NCBI RefSeq assembly: GCF_009914755.1
Contig: NC_060928.1
Length of the DNA: 64,000 bases
Source of the DNA: the human T2T-CHM13v2.0 reference genome, Homo sapiens
Reading direction: 5' to 3' (one strand)
In this document: in pieces, positions 33,370 to 48,750 of the stretch
Numbering within the stretch: position 1 is the stretch's first letter
Layout: each line of letters starts with the position of its first letter
Position numbers and translations under genes: made by a program
Notes under the pieces: generated by a model
Told to the model about the DNA's origin: nothing
The model's input: the letters and a program-made list of their open reading frames with translations, nothing else
Database searches by the model: none

Positions 33370-34130
33370 AGTTCCCCAGGAAACACTCCTGAGTCCTAAG
33401 ATTCCATGTAGGAGGTTACTGTGGAGCGTTCTCAAGAACCACAGGTGAGAGAAGGGAAGAAAGCCCTATCTGATGCAGTGGCAACAGATAAGTCAGCTAA
33501 GGAAGAGAGCTCCGGGGCTGGAATGACTCTTCAGAGTTATGTTAATTAAAGCAAGTGGGCTGGACCAGACCTTTGTGCTGTCCACATCAAGCAATCATTG
33601 GCTTCCAGCTGCCTCCAAGAGGAGGCTGGTCTTTTGTCCTGTTATATTATTGAGCTATGCTGCAGCTTGGTTTCTCCAGAAGACAAAAACTGAAACAGAG
33701 TTAGGAGTGCAGGTTAATTTTGCCATGTGGCAGACACTGAGACCTACTTAGGAGTGCACACATCCATTAGGGAATCAAATCTGTGAGAGAAATGAGGCAG
33801 AAGCTGGCTTAGGCAAGGGGAGGAACAGACCACCATGTGGAGCTGACAAAGTCTCTCTTAGCCCAGTAGGGAGTTCCAGAGCAAAGATTATTGATTACAG
33901 GAGTCCCGTGATGGGTGGAAATTACTAGGCCATTGTAGCACCACTTTGTTCAGTCTCTGGCCCAAGGCCACCATGAGAAGAGTGTTACCTTGGTTCAAAA
34001 ATGGAGGGAAGAGCAAACTAAAAAAGCCAAAAGCTGGAGGATGTCAGCGAACCACACTCCTCGCATCTAGACAGTAAGGGCTTTCTTGAAGAAAGATCTG
34101 AGCTGCACACCTCCTATGTTTACCATGTCT
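33370..34130 (-). mobile_element. Old ERVL-type LTR relics (LTR16/LTR33-like)
   Basis: Degenerate motifs (GAGCTCCGGGGCTGGAATG, GGGAGTTCCAGAGCAAAGATT); family uncertain. Confidence 0.5.
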
Positions 34131-34147
34131 GCCTCATGACTTCATGA

Positions 34148-34328
<181 letters not shown>

Positions 34329-36999
34329 TAGTTATGGTGCTCTGCCCTTTTGTGGAATCTCTCTGTCCGGTTCGTGAGAACCTACAAAAATATCTGTTAT
34401 TTGACTAACCATTCCTTGAAGTTTCTTCCAGGGCTGGGATTTTATTCTTTTAAGTTTCCCTGAGATATTGCAAATACAAATGGCAAATGAACATATAATG
34501 AAGTCACTATTTTAGATGTACAAATACCACACACACTGGTACCTCTGAGGTTATTTGAACTGCTGAATAGAGTAACTTTTATGTTTCCAATTCTTGCTAA
34601 TGGAGAGAGAAGATTGCCTCTGTGTTAATGTTGGATTTTAAAATATATCCTTTTTAAGCACTATTAAGCATGTTTTAGGTTACAAAGTATATTTTATTCA
34701 TCTTTTCCATTATAACAGAAAAAATATTATAAGGAAATGTCTCAAACTTTTCTTTCTTACAGTTCAGTCTCATTGAAAAGAAAGATGTCTACATCATTGA
34801 GAACAAAAAGAAGCCCAATGTGGATTCAGCACAATTAACACGGAGTACTTGTCAAGGCACAGACACTGCAGGAATAAATTGTAGGCTGCATTTCTGGTCT
34901 TAGGACTCAGTCAAATGGGACATACAAGCCATGCAAGCCAACAGCATAATTGAAGACAAGGTGTTGGAAAAACAATATGAACAAGTTTTTATAGGATCAA
35001 AGGAAAGAAAGAATTCGACTGGATCTGAGGAGTACAAGAATATTCCAGAATTGGGGAATAAATAGGAGAGATCAACAGAAAGGCCATTTGAATCAGAACC
35101 AGCAGGCAGGAAGTATGAAACCATCTAGCAGCCTGTTCTGTAAGGACAAAAGATCATTAAATAGGCAAATAGCAAGCTTTATTGCAGAAAGCCAGGGATA
35201 GTATGGTTTAGCTTTCTTTAATTCCTCTTTGTTGAGTTTCCCATTGTCTTAGAAATTATTCAGGAGGTAAGACCTACTGGTGTATGGCACAGCAGGAATA
35301 TCAGGCCTATTAATCGCAATCAAGTCTCTAATGCTTGTATTAATAAATCATGTTTAATGTAGAATAATTTCTGAAAATAATGCCACAGATCAATAAATAA
35401 ATCTCTAAGAAAAGCTGAAGTTCCCAGGGTCATATCTGAGAACTTGAGGCCAGGGGAGTTTAGACACTCTAAGTAGAAGACACCCAGGCAAGACTTTTGT
35501 GGATAAGGACAATTATACAAGTTCATAGCCTTCTGAAATAAGCTTAGTTCTAATAATCTCAGGAAAAACACAAAATAATTTAGCTATACTGATGGTTTTT
35601 GGAGAACAATTTTCCCCAGATTTAAAAAAGATGATGGATGTGGCTAAATCACTGTCCCTAACCTCTTTATAGAACCCAGAGGTTCCAGCCTTAAGATTTA
35701 ATTTCCAGGGTTAGGATGCAAGAAGTGACTTACTTTTGAGTTCTACCAGGAAGCAAAATGGCACACATCAAAAATAACTCGTTTGGCGATTTCATGAGTT
35801 TCCAAGCACTTTATAAAATGTACAGTCATCAGCTTTGTTCTTATTGCAATAAGAAACTATTTAAATGCTAGAAAATTGTATATTTCCAGCTTCAAAATGA
35901 AATATGTCATCCAACAGAATTAAAGCAGTAACTACAGAAAGAGTAATCAATAAATAGGCTCTTCCTCTTACTACCCTAGAGAATGGGGAGATGTTATTTG
36001 ATCAATTGTTTTTCTAAAATTTATGACTGTTAGAAGCCAAGTCTAAATTTATATAGAAAAAGTTCAAGGAAATGATGTAACTATTCTCTAAGAAGGTGAT
36101 TTAAGCCTCTGGATTACAGGAGGTTTAAGATGTTGCCCTTGTGGTAATGCAGTGTTTTAACTTAAGGGCCATCGTGAACATCAATTTTCCCTCATGAAAC
36201 AAATCACCAGCCAACCAAAACCTCTATTACTTCTATATTTCCTGAAGGACTCTTCCATTCCCAAATTGAGTGTATGAATTGCAGCCTCATAAAGGTACCA
36301 CCGAAATGTGGCAGTCTCATTTGGAGACACACATTACAAAAGAGTTTCAGCCAAAATAGTTTGAATCAGAAAGTGGTCTTTGAATAGTGATTCAGCCTAA
36401 TACATCACTAAGAAGGAGAAACAAATGAGGCATTGGAGACCTTTCATCCAAGTGTCAAATAGGAAAAGTCGTTCATGTACCATGGCATGTACAGGAAAGC
36501 AGTGATGTTTCAAGAACTAACTGGCAACGACTATCAGATTTTAGAAACAAAGTCTGCATTTCATGATGCCCCAAAATCTAGTTGAAAACATAATATTCAA
36601 TATTTGTTACCTCTTTTTTTGTATATTTATTTGTTATACTGAACTGAATTATTCACTTATTATTTGAAGTTATGTTCTTATAGGAAGCTAGGCACCAACC
36701 AGCAGTTGCTAATAATATACTATAATTTAGTAAGTAATTCAATTGAATAAAATTTATGACAAATTTAACAAACATGTTAATTAAAATGCATACTCACGCT
36801 GCAGCGTCACATTAATCTTTGTGCCGCCAGTGCCTATGCCATGCTTAGTATGCATCAAATATTTGAGCAGTACACAAGTGAGTACTCTGAGAGCTCCCCC
36901 CACCAAAAATATGATGATTAAATACAGTTATGATCAGATCCCCAGAGTGTGGCTCTAAACTGTATGGGGGCCAAGTTTGAATACTGTTGTGTCTTACAC

Positions 37000-37410
37000 T
37001 GTTATTACCTATCCAGTATCTATTTCCCCATATTCCTTATAAATAAAACCTAGATTTTGATTGGGACAGTAAGGTGTCCCACTGAAAACTCATTTCTCTA
37101 ACCAATGTGATGCCAGTGCTTGCCCAAAAAGAGGGCATCCCTTCGAAATAAAAAGGCAAAGCTTCTTTTGCTTTTTATTTTTACTTCTTTCTGCTTGATA
37201 GCTAGGTATAATATCTAGTTTTGGTGCAGCCATGAGGATAACAGTTGCACATTTAGGATGGTGGAGAAAGTTAGAAAGAGGCTAAATCCTTGATAACACT
37301 GCAGAGCTATTGCTTCTATCATTAGCTTAATTCTAGGCTTCTCACTGAGTGAGAAAAATAGACTAATTGTTGAAACTATTGCTTTCATTTGCTTGAAGTC
37401 AAATATATTC
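37000..37410. mobile_element. Old MaLR (MLT1I/J/K-like) LTR relic
   Basis: GCAGCCATGAGG...AGGATGGTGGAG...GAGAAAAATAGAC pattern. Confidence 0.55.
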
Positions 37411-38123
37411 CTTCTCTGTGTGTCCTTTTGACAATATCTTTAAAGTTATAAATACATAGAAATATCACTTTTCACCTTTATTCTTTTACAAGTATTACCT
37501 TGGTTCCAGAACATTGATTTGAGTGAACAAATGGTTAATGTTTGAAAACTTTCCTGAAATTTCTTGCCTCTAACAAGAGCCAGAAGGAAGACTGTTCACA
37601 TATTCTTTATATCTTGAGCCAGATTGTCAATTCCTCCAGGCCTAATCCATTACTTTGTGATTATTGATTATTCAGTTTATGAAAATGAGTATGACACAAG
37701 TTCCTTCTTGCAAATCAGATGTCAATACCTCAGAAGGTCCTTCACCCAAATTATGGCAGCCACCCAGTCATTCACAACCACGGCATCTTGTTTTAATTTT
37801 TGGTATAGCCCTGATAAACCTCTGATACTTTTCTAATTTACTTATGTATGTATTCACGCATGTGTGCCTTTGTTTACTTTTAGTATCCTCCCCCAAGTGC
37901 TAGGATATGAGCAGAGAATTTGTCTGCTTTATCTAGAAATATATCCTTGGCTTATAGGAGACAAGTAGGCATATTTGTTGAATGACTGAATGACTGAATC
38001 AGTAAGTATGAGAATCAAAGAATTGTTAGATATAGTCACTGACCTGAGGAAATTTCAAAGACAAATAAGGAAATGAGAGACTTACTAGAAAATATGAAAA
38101 AATGAAGTTATAAGAATGCTTTA

Positions 38124-38513
<390 letters not shown>

Positions 38514-38714
38514 TCATATGGATTCAGGCAGCAGAGAGAGCAAAGCCATAGTGAAAGGAGGAGGGCTGGAGCAAAGCATGTTGTAGCATAACATATCTGT
38601 GAGTTTAACCAGTAAAAAAGGCTTGGTGTCTCTTTGAGAACATTTGTGATGTGGTTGGAAAAATGGGAGTCTCTGCTCAAAGATTGTGGTTTTAGGATTG
38701 GCTATGCTGAGTTA

Positions 38715-39996
38715 TTAGGTGAGTGCAAAAGTAATTGCAGTTTTTGCATTGTTGGAATTTGCCATTTGATATTGGAATATACTCTTAAATAAATGTGCTT
38801 ATGTTATACATCATTTAATGGGCACTTCTCACTTTCTATTTTTTCACTAATGACATTACTTGCTGTTTATTTTATGTTTATTTTAGACAACGGAAACAAT
38901 GTTAGATAAAAAGCAAATTCTAGCGACTTTCTTATTTGAGTTCAAAATGGGTCGTAAAGTAAGCAGCAAAGACAATTCACATCATTAACAAAGCATTTGG
39001 CCCAGGAACTGCTAACGAACGTACAGTGCAGTGGTGGTTCAAGAAGTTTTGCAAAGGAGACGAGAGCCTTGAAGATGAGGAGCGTAGTGGCCGGCCATCA
39101 GAAGTTGACAGTGACCAATTGAGAGCAATCATCAAAGCTGATGCTCTTACAACTGCATGAAAAGTTGCTGAAGGAGTCAATGTCGACCATTCTACGGTTG
39201 TTCAGCATTTGAAGCAAATCAGAAAGGTGAAAAAGCTCGTTAAGTGGGTGTCTGATAAGCTGACCAAAAATGAAAAAAATTGTCGTTTTGAAGTGTCCTC
39301 TTCTCTTATTCTACACAACAATAACGAACCATTTCTCAGTTGGATTCTGACGTGCAAGGAAAAGTAGATGTTATATGATAAATGGCAATGACCAGCTCAG
39401 TGGTTGGGCCGAGAAGACACTCCAAGGCACTTCCCAAAGCCAAACTTGCACCAATAAAGGTCATGGTCACTGTTTGATGGTCTGCTGCCGGTCTGATTCA
39501 CTACAGCTTTCTGAATCCCAGTAAAACCATTACTTCTGAGAAGTACGCTCAGCGCATCAATGAGATGCACCAAAAACTGCAACACCTGCAGTTGGCATTA
39601 GTCAACAGAAAGGGCCCAATTCTCTACAACAGCCAACTGCACGTCACACCACCAATACTTCAAAAGTTGAACAAATTGAGGTGGGAAGTTTTTGCTTTAT
39701 CCACCATATTCACCTGACCCCTTGCCAACCAACTACCACTTCTTCAAGCATCTCAACAACTTTTTGCAGGGAAAATGCTTCCACAACCAGCAGGATGCAG
39801 AAAATGCTTTCCAAGGGTTCGTCGGATCCCAAAGCATGGATTTTTATGCTACAGGAATAAACAAACTTATTTCTCCTTGGCAAAACTGTGTTGATTGTAG
39901 TGGTTCCTATTTTGATTAATAAAGATGTATTTGAGCCTACTTATAATGAATTAAAATTCACAGTTCAAAACTGCAATTACTTTTACACCAACCTAA
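38715..39996 (+). mobile_element. Full-length Hsmar1 mariner transposon (inactive)
   Basis: TIRs TTAGGTGAGTGCAAAAGTAATTGCAGTTTT / AAAACTGCAATTACTTTTACACCAACCTAA; TA duplication on both sides; 1282 bp; transposase remnants. Confidence 0.97.
38890..39919 (+). pseudogene. Hsmar1 transposase relic (stops and frameshifts)
   Basis: N-terminal MLDKKQI, KWV motif, C-terminal YSPD-PTNYHFFKHLNNFLQGK...GSYFD (ORF 39692-39919); first catalytic motif reads TCKEK*. Confidence 0.93.
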
Positions 39997-39998
39997 TA

Positions 39999-40240
39999 GT
40001 TTATACCTAGCTTTGCTGAGCCTCAAGTTCCTTATTTGATAAATGGGGATGAGAATGCTTACCTCACTGAATTGTAATCAGGATTAAAAGAGACAGTATG
40101 AAAGCAATTTGAGAAGCATGAGTAATTATGAAAATGGCTAACAGCTCTTGAGTTCTTATTATGTGTCAGGCACTGGAGTCATCACTTCACACAGATGATC
40201 TCTTTTAATCCTCAGAACAACCCAGAGGAAAAGACAATAT
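39999..40240. mobile_element. MIR fragments (plus then minus)
   Basis: CTGAGCCTCAAGTTCCTTATTTGATAAATGGGG; TATGTGTCAGGCACT...TTTAATCCTCA. Confidence 0.7.
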
Positions 40241-41260
40241 CCAGGTTTCAACGTCAAAGGGAGAGAGCCAGCTAGGAGCAGAACTGGGCTGGGGAGGGGT
40301 TTGGGGTTTGGTTGATGGAAGAACAGCTCTTGGGAAAACATTCCTTTCTTTGACCACCTCATCTAACAATTGCTCTGATGATCCACAGTTCCACGACTTA
40401 TTTCACACTTAAACTAGGAGGATGATATCCAAACATGTGGCCACCAGGTGAGACATATATATACATCCCATTTTCACCAAGCATCCAAGGATCTACTTTG
40501 GCAAAATACATTCAACAACTTGGGGTAATTCTGTAACTTCCTTGGAGAGGAAAGTGAGCCTCTTCAAATTTACTTTTTGCATCCAATTGTTCACAAGCCA
40601 AGTGTATTTTTAAAGATACATTTCTTTAACTGCCATCACATGCAAATTTCTAAGGAAATTAGAATGCTGCCAAACATCTTCCAGAAATGGAGGTAGTAAC
40701 TCTTGCACAGAAAGAACATGTACCATAAGTTAGAAAATCCTGAATAGAATTCCAAATATTCCAGTCATGATTTACCCAAGCAGAATGGCATAAGAATTAG
40801 GAGCATAGTCTCCAGGCTGACAAATCTGTTTACTGCCTGGCTGTCACATATTGTTCTGTAAACTTGGGGATGTTTATTTATTCACCATGTAAAATCATTT
40901 TTCTCAAGTGTAAAATGGAAACAAAAAAACGTATTACTCCAGTGCTACTGTGACAATTAAATGAGATGATATATATGAAGCAAAGGATTGTGTGGTTCTC
41001 AGGGACAGTACTGAAAATGGTAAATTTTTTTCTTTTTACTACTAATTTGTTAAGTCTTTCAGATTTCTCACTTGGTACTTTAGCTATCTTTATTATGTGC
41101 TACTCATGACAAAATTTAGGTTTTGATGTAATTTAAGTATTGGAAAATACAATAAGCATATTACCTCTTTGATAATTATCCTTTTAGCACAAGTTAGCAT
41201 TCAGTCCAGCCAAAATTACATAATGCTAAATGCTGAAATTAGTTTACATAAAAGTTAGTG

Positions 41261-41556
<296 letters not shown>

Positions 41557-42574
41557 TTAGTGTTCTGCAGACTCTGTGATATTTGTGGTTTAGTATCAGT
41601 TCTCAAAATGGAGATAGTACATGTGATATCACCCAGAAAACTCCAGCCAAACCTACTATTTAATACTAAATAGTAAAATAGTCAATATGTACACTCAGTA
41701 CATTTACATAGTTCTAATCAGCATGGGATCATTAAGTGTTGATGTTCTGTTATTCTTTATGGAGATTTTGTTTTAGTTCTCAAGAAGGATTTTCAAAATC
41801 ATCTAAGGGATTCATTTACTCATGTTTCTGAATCAATATATGCCAAAAGATTTTCTCTCTTTACCAGAAAATTTACATAATATATTATTCCTCTAATTTG
41901 TGATTCTCTATGCCTGTGGGAAAATATAAAAGAAATCTTAATATAATTGTTATTCTATGGAAATGATATTCATGTACATTTCTTGTGCTTCCCTATGCGT
42001 AATTTTAAGAGTGGAATTGGCCCCTTATTTAAACTCTGAGATTTATTTGCTCTCTCTTAAAGAGACAGAAGACTCCTAATTGGAAATAAAAATTGTAGCC
42101 TAGATACTTATTCAAATATTTAATAGGACCTGCGTTGTTAAGTTCGAAATTTCACTCCAGCATTACCAGTGAATTTTATATTTTATTCTATTTAGAATCT
42201 ATGTTGTTATATTTTTGGTAGTTGTAATCATGCCTGTTTCCCCAGCTAGAATGCAAACTCTTTTGAGTTTGGACCATTTAATTAAGCTTTGGAACATTCA
42301 CCCCCAACTCACAGGTCATCTGTAACATAACAGATCTCGCCGTCCACTTAAAGTGGGTGAATGAACTTCGTAGGGGGTAAATTATGCCTCAAGAAGGTTG
42401 GGATTACAGGCCTCAGCCACCACACCAGGCCTTTGTTGTCGTATTTGATTGTTCCTTCCATGTGCTTGAGGCTCCACTGGCTCTCTGGGTCATTGTCTGC
42501 GTCTTTACTCATTTTATGCCAGAGAAGGTAAAGAGAGATATCTGGTAAATTTGGAAAAAAATTATCTGGGCCTG

Positions 42575-43265
<691 letters not shown>

Positions 43266-44973
43266 GCCTAGTTCTACTAATCCTGCCCTTCTTTTATTGG
43301 AATTCTCCAGGTCTCTGCTGCTCTCTGCAGCGAGGAAAGACCTGTTCTATAATAATCCAGCACTGCAGGCTGGACTAATCATCTTTCCAACACGTGGTTC
43401 ACTTAGCAAGCCTATTTGGCCTCACACATCCTACACTTAGCTCTTACTAGTAACTGAAATGGCACTTTGCCTTCTGCTTGCCACTCCTTATTTTTCACAA
43501 ATGTTCACAAATCCAGGTGAAGAAAAGAGGTGCTCTTTGTTGAGCTTCCTTGGAAACACTGATTCTATACTTTTATTTCTCATCTTGGTAATTCTTATGG
43601 TGTGGAGGTTCATGTACCTTCAGAGTTTATATGCTGAAATCCTAACCCCCAGGGTGATGATGTAAGGAGGAGGGGTCTTTGGAAGGTGATGAGATCATGG
43701 GAGTAAATTTCTGTCTTTAAAAGCTATCAGTTTATGGCATTTTGTTATAGCTTCCCAAATAATGAAACCCAATAGCTACTGTGAATTAAGTGGTATACTT
43801 AACCTCCATTTTATTCCAATAAATGTAATCATTTGACTCCCTTCTATTAAGCCCTCACCTCTACGTGCACATTTTATCTCTCCCCATTACCTCTCACCTT
43901 CCATCAGTAGCGTCTCTAATTTTACATTATAATGCCTATTAACGTTTATGTTCTGTTCTATAATCATAATTAAATATTTATGCTATCTCTGTGGAGGTAT
44001 TCTAAGAGCTGAAAACTAGTAAACAGCAGTTACAGTATAATGACTACATAAATATTCAATGAAGGGCCAACTCACGTGCTACTATTCTATTTCCTTCACT
44101 TTATTCCCATATCACCCACTCCCATAGCAATCAACGTGTAATGATCCTAAGCATCCTGGTCAAATGATTCTCCATAATTATACTTCAATATTTGCTCAAA
44201 ATCATGCCTTATTTAATGTATCTCACACTTGGACACTAACTTTATAGACAGGGTTAGCTGTTATTTTTCCTAGAGTTCATATTTGTCTTCCAGGCATTTG
44301 TATTTATCCTTACTGAGAGAAGAAGCATATTATTTCTTCACTGTGTCACTACTGTAAACCTGCTCATTTGTCATTCGATTTATTAATTGGAATGCCCATT
44401 CATCTTTCTGAGAACCTCCTTGCAGCCTACTAACTTCAAGTTCCAATTTCCCATTTGTTACTTTCTGGGCCCACTGTCCACTTGTTATGCTGAGATTTCT
44501 TTTGACTGACTTCCTAGGTCAGCTCAGCTGGTTTTTTTACCTTGTATTCTCTGCCACTCAAACACTGTCATTTGATCAGTCTCTATGCATTTACCAAGTA
44601 TTTACTATGTACAAGGCATAGTATTATATACTATGAAAATTCAAGGCAAATCAAAGTTTGTTCTGCACCAAAAGAGTTAATAGGTTAAGTCTTGAACACA
44701 CATATAAATAATCATAACATAAAAACTACAAGGAAGATAACAGAGAAATAGAATTTGACAAAGAAATTAGAATGAAAGAAATAGAAATATGCCATAGATG
44801 AAAACTTTAGGAGAGCATCAGATGTGAAGGGGTGAAGGGGAGATAGGGCATGGTGAGAGAGAGTCAAGGAAGGTCAGAGAATGCATGAGAAAGAAAGAAG
44901 CAATCTCACCTTGTTAAGCAACGGTTGTGCAAAAACATAGACACTTTCATAGTGAACAAAATGTTACACTGCT

Positions 44974-47004
44974 ATTCTACATAGTATTGGAAGATCTGGC
45001 CAGGGCAATCAGGCAAGAGAAAGAAATAAAGGGTATTCGAATAGGAAGATAGGAAGTCAAATTATCTCTGTTTGCAGATTACATGATTGTATATTTAGAA
45101 AACCCCATTGTCTTAGCCCAAAAACTTGTTAAGCTGAGAAGAAACTTCAGCTAAGTCTCAGGATACAAAATCAATGTGCAAAAATCACAAGCATTCCTAT
45201 ACGCCAATAATAGACAAACAGCCAAATCATGAGCAAACTCCCATTCACAATTGCTACAAAGAGAATAAAATACCTAGGAATACAACTTGCAAGGGATGTG
45301 AAGGACCTCTTCAAGGACAACTACAAACCATTGCTTAGGGAAGTAAGAGAGGACACAAACAAATGGAAGAACATTCCATGCTCATGGATAGGAAGAATCA
45401 ATATCGGGAAAATGGCCATGCTGCCCAAAGTAATTTATAGATTAAATGCTATTTCCATCAAGCTACCATTGACTTTCTTCAGAGAATTAGAAAAAAAAAA
45501 AAACTACTTTGAATTTCATATGGAACAACAACAAAAAAAAGAGCTCGTACAGCCAAGACAGTCCTAAGCAAAAAGAACAAAGCTGGAGGCATCACACTAC
45601 CTGACTTCCAACCAAAAGAGCATGGTACTGGTACCAAAACAGATATATAGACCAATGGAATAGAACAGAGGTCTCAGAAATAACACCACACATCTACAAC
45701 CATCTGATCTTTGACAAACCTGACAAAAACAAACAATGGGGAAACAATTCCCTATTTAATAAATGGTGTTGGGAAAACTGGCTAGCCGTATTCAGAAAAC
45801 TGAAACTGGACCCCTTCCTTACACCTTATACGAAAATTAATTCAAGATGGATTAAAGATTTAAACATAAGACCTAAAACCATAAAAACCCTAGAAGAAAA
45901 CCTGGGCAATACCATTCAGGACATAGGCATGGGCAAGGACTTCATGACTAAAACACCAAAAGCAGTTGCAACAAAAGCAAAAATTGACAAATACAATCTA
46001 ATTAAAGAGCTTCTGGACAGCAAAAGAAACTATCATCAGAGTGAACAGGCAAGCTACAGAATGGGAGAAAATTTTTGCAATGCATCTTTCTGACAAAGGG
46101 CTAATATCTAGAACCTACAAGGAACTTAAACAAGTTTAGAAGAAAAAAACAAACAACCCCATCAAAAAGTGGGTGAAGGATATGAGCAGACACTTTTCAA
46201 AAGAAGACATTTATGTGACCAACAAACACTTGAAAAAAAGCTCATCATCACTGGTCATTAAAGAAATGCAAATCAAAACCACAGTGAGATATCATCTCAT
46301 GCCAGTTAGAATGGCAATCATTAAAAAGTCAGGAAACAACAGATGCTGGAGAGGATGTGGAGAAATAGGAACACTTTTACACTGTTGGTGGGAGTGTAAA
46401 TTAGTTCAACCATTGTGGAACACAGTGTGGCGATTCCTCAAGGATCTAGAGCTAGAAATACCATTTGACCCAGCAATCCCATTACTGGGTATATACCCAA
46501 AGGATTATAAATCATTCTACTATAAAGACACATGCACACGTATGTTTATTGCAGCACTGTTCACAATAGCAAAGACTTAGAACCAACCCAGATGCCCATC
46601 AGTGTTAGACTGGATAAAGAAAATGTGGCAGGTATACATCGTGGAATGCTATGCAGCCATAAAAAAGAATGAGTTCGTGTCCTTTGCAGGAACACGAGTG
46701 AAGCTGGAAACCATCATTCTCAGCAAACTAACACAGGAACAGAAAATAAAACACCGCATGTTCTCACTCACAAGTGAGAGTTGAACAATGAGAACATATG
46801 GGCACAGGGAGGGGAACATCACACACTGGAGCCCGTCAGGGGGTGGGGGCCAAGGGGAGGGATAGCATTAGGAGAAATACCTAATGTAGATGACAGGTTG
46901 ATGGGTGTAGCAAACCATTATGGCACATGTATACCTATGTAACAAACCTGCACATTCTGCACATGTATCCTAGAACTTAAAGTATTATAATAATAATAAA
47001 AAAA
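44974..47004 (+). mobile_element. L1PA7/8-like 5'-truncated element (ORF2 C-terminal half plus 3'UTR)
   Basis: ORFs 45229-45567 (IKYLGIQL...[14 protein letters not shown]) and 46173-46580 ([25 protein letters not shown]). Confidence 0.96.
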
Positions 47005-47098
47005 TCCCTTTGCCTTCTGCCATGATTGTGAGGCCTCCCCAGACATGTGGAATTGTAAGTCCATTAAACTTCTTTTTCTTTATAAATTAAAAAAAAAA
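47005..47098 (+). other. 3'-transduced THE1 LTR fragment with ATTAAA and poly(A)
   Basis: THE1-type GCCTTCTGCCATGATTGTGAGGCCTCCCCAG...CCATTAAAC, then A10, enclosed by the L1 TSD. Confidence 0.8.
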
Positions 47099-48209
47099 GT
47101 TACAGTACTCTTAGTCTAAAGAGAAACTAAAACCAATTTCATCCATTTAGAAAATAACAAAACTGAATATTGAAACCCATGGGACACTGCCAAGATCATT
47201 CTCAGAAGAAAATCCATAGCAATAAATGTTGTATTATTACGGAGCAATAAAACCTGGGAGAAAAAAATGAACTAAGCACTAACCACAAGCACATTGAAAA
47301 ATATCTAAAAAATAAATCTGATCTGTGAGACATATAAATTGATGAATATAAACTTTAAATATAATGAGTTAGACATCTAATTAAAAAGTTGAATTCAAAC
47401 ATAAAACCAAGAGTGGTTTTTTAGGAAAGTTAATGGAATAGATAGATTTTGTGGCACTTTTTTTTTAAGAACAAGAAAAGTCATTATATGGTGAAAGATA
47501 CAGTTACTATAACACATATAATATTATAAGAAAGTAGTGTATATAAATATCACATAGAAAACTTGAAACCTCGATAAAATGATTGAATTGTTTGATATTA
47601 TATATTATTAAAGTTGCTTATATATCAGAATAAACTAATAACTACAAAATAAATGTTTTTAGTGTCAAGGAACACCCTCTGCCCCTCCAAAAAGGGCAAG
47701 AAATTCAAGTATTTCTATATAAAGAATATTGCTTTAAATGTCTTAGGATTCAGGTAATGATGATGCAGACAGAAGAGGTGCAGACTAATCTAACTTCCTA
47801 CTAAAACCCAAAATCTAAAATAAAAAATACAGATAAATCAAATCTAATGGAGCAGGAGGCCTGTTAAATTTTATTCTAAGAATGAAATTTATTTATTTGA
47901 CAGGGATAATAAAAGGAGAAAGGGAGATAAAGGAATACAAGATGATTATCTGGATGTTAATTTGGGATACATAATGAAGAGTAACATTATTCATTGAGAT
48001 AAGAAAGACAGCTTCGTGTAGATTGAAATATGTTGCTTGAATTTAGATATAAAGTTTGGGATATATATACAAATTTGGAGATATAATTACAGTATAAATA
48101 CGAGAGTCACAAGCATTAGCAAAATCAACTAGAGAGAGCCTTCAGAATTCTAACAGAACAGAATAAGATAATTAACTTTACCAAACATATTTTGAATATT
48201 GCATTAACC

Positions 48210-48750
48210 ATCTATTGCTATATATATAGACAAATTACCTCAAAATTCATTCAGCAGTTTAAAACTCAAGAATAAACTATAATTATTCCTTGCATAGTTT
48301 CTGAGGGTCAGGCACCTGGGAGAATCTTAGCTGTGCTATTTTGGCCCAGATTCTCTCATGATATTGCAGCCAGGTTGTTGGCCAGGACTGCTTTAGCCAT
48401 CGCAAATATTTTCCGGGGCCAGGGTATCTACTTCCAAGCTCACTCGTGGCTTTTCTTGCAGGCTTCAGTTCCTCACCAAATGGACCTCGTCATAGTGCCG
48501 CTCACAAAATTTAAGTTTGTTATCCCCAGCATAAAGGAACTAAGAGAAGGTGAGAGAGATATACACAAAGTGGAAGTAAAATCTTATAACCTAATATTGG
48601 AAGTGATACCCAATCATTTCTTCTATATTCTATTTCTTAGAGGCAAGTTACTAAATTCAGCCACTCAACCAGTAGGAAATTTAAGCTCTTACTGCTCAAA
48701 AAGAGTATCAACAAATATGCCAACGTATCTTTAAAACCCTCACAAATACC
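48210..48750 (-). mobile_element. Old MLT1 (G-J-like) LTR
   Basis: TCTATTGCT...AAATTACCTCAAAA, TTTCTGAGGGTCAGG, TTCCAAGCTCACTC. Confidence 0.7.

Noticed and set aside
36798-36840. Minus-strand GTGGTKINVTLQ plus splice donor, resembling an antigen-receptor J segment
   Set aside because: No F/W-G-X-G motif, no RSS heptamer/nonamer, and the sequence looks L2-derived.
39692-39919. Peptide resembling the SETMAR C-terminus
   Set aside because: Lies in a free-standing Hsmar1 with both TIRs and multiple stops; no SET-domain exons, so it is not SETMAR.
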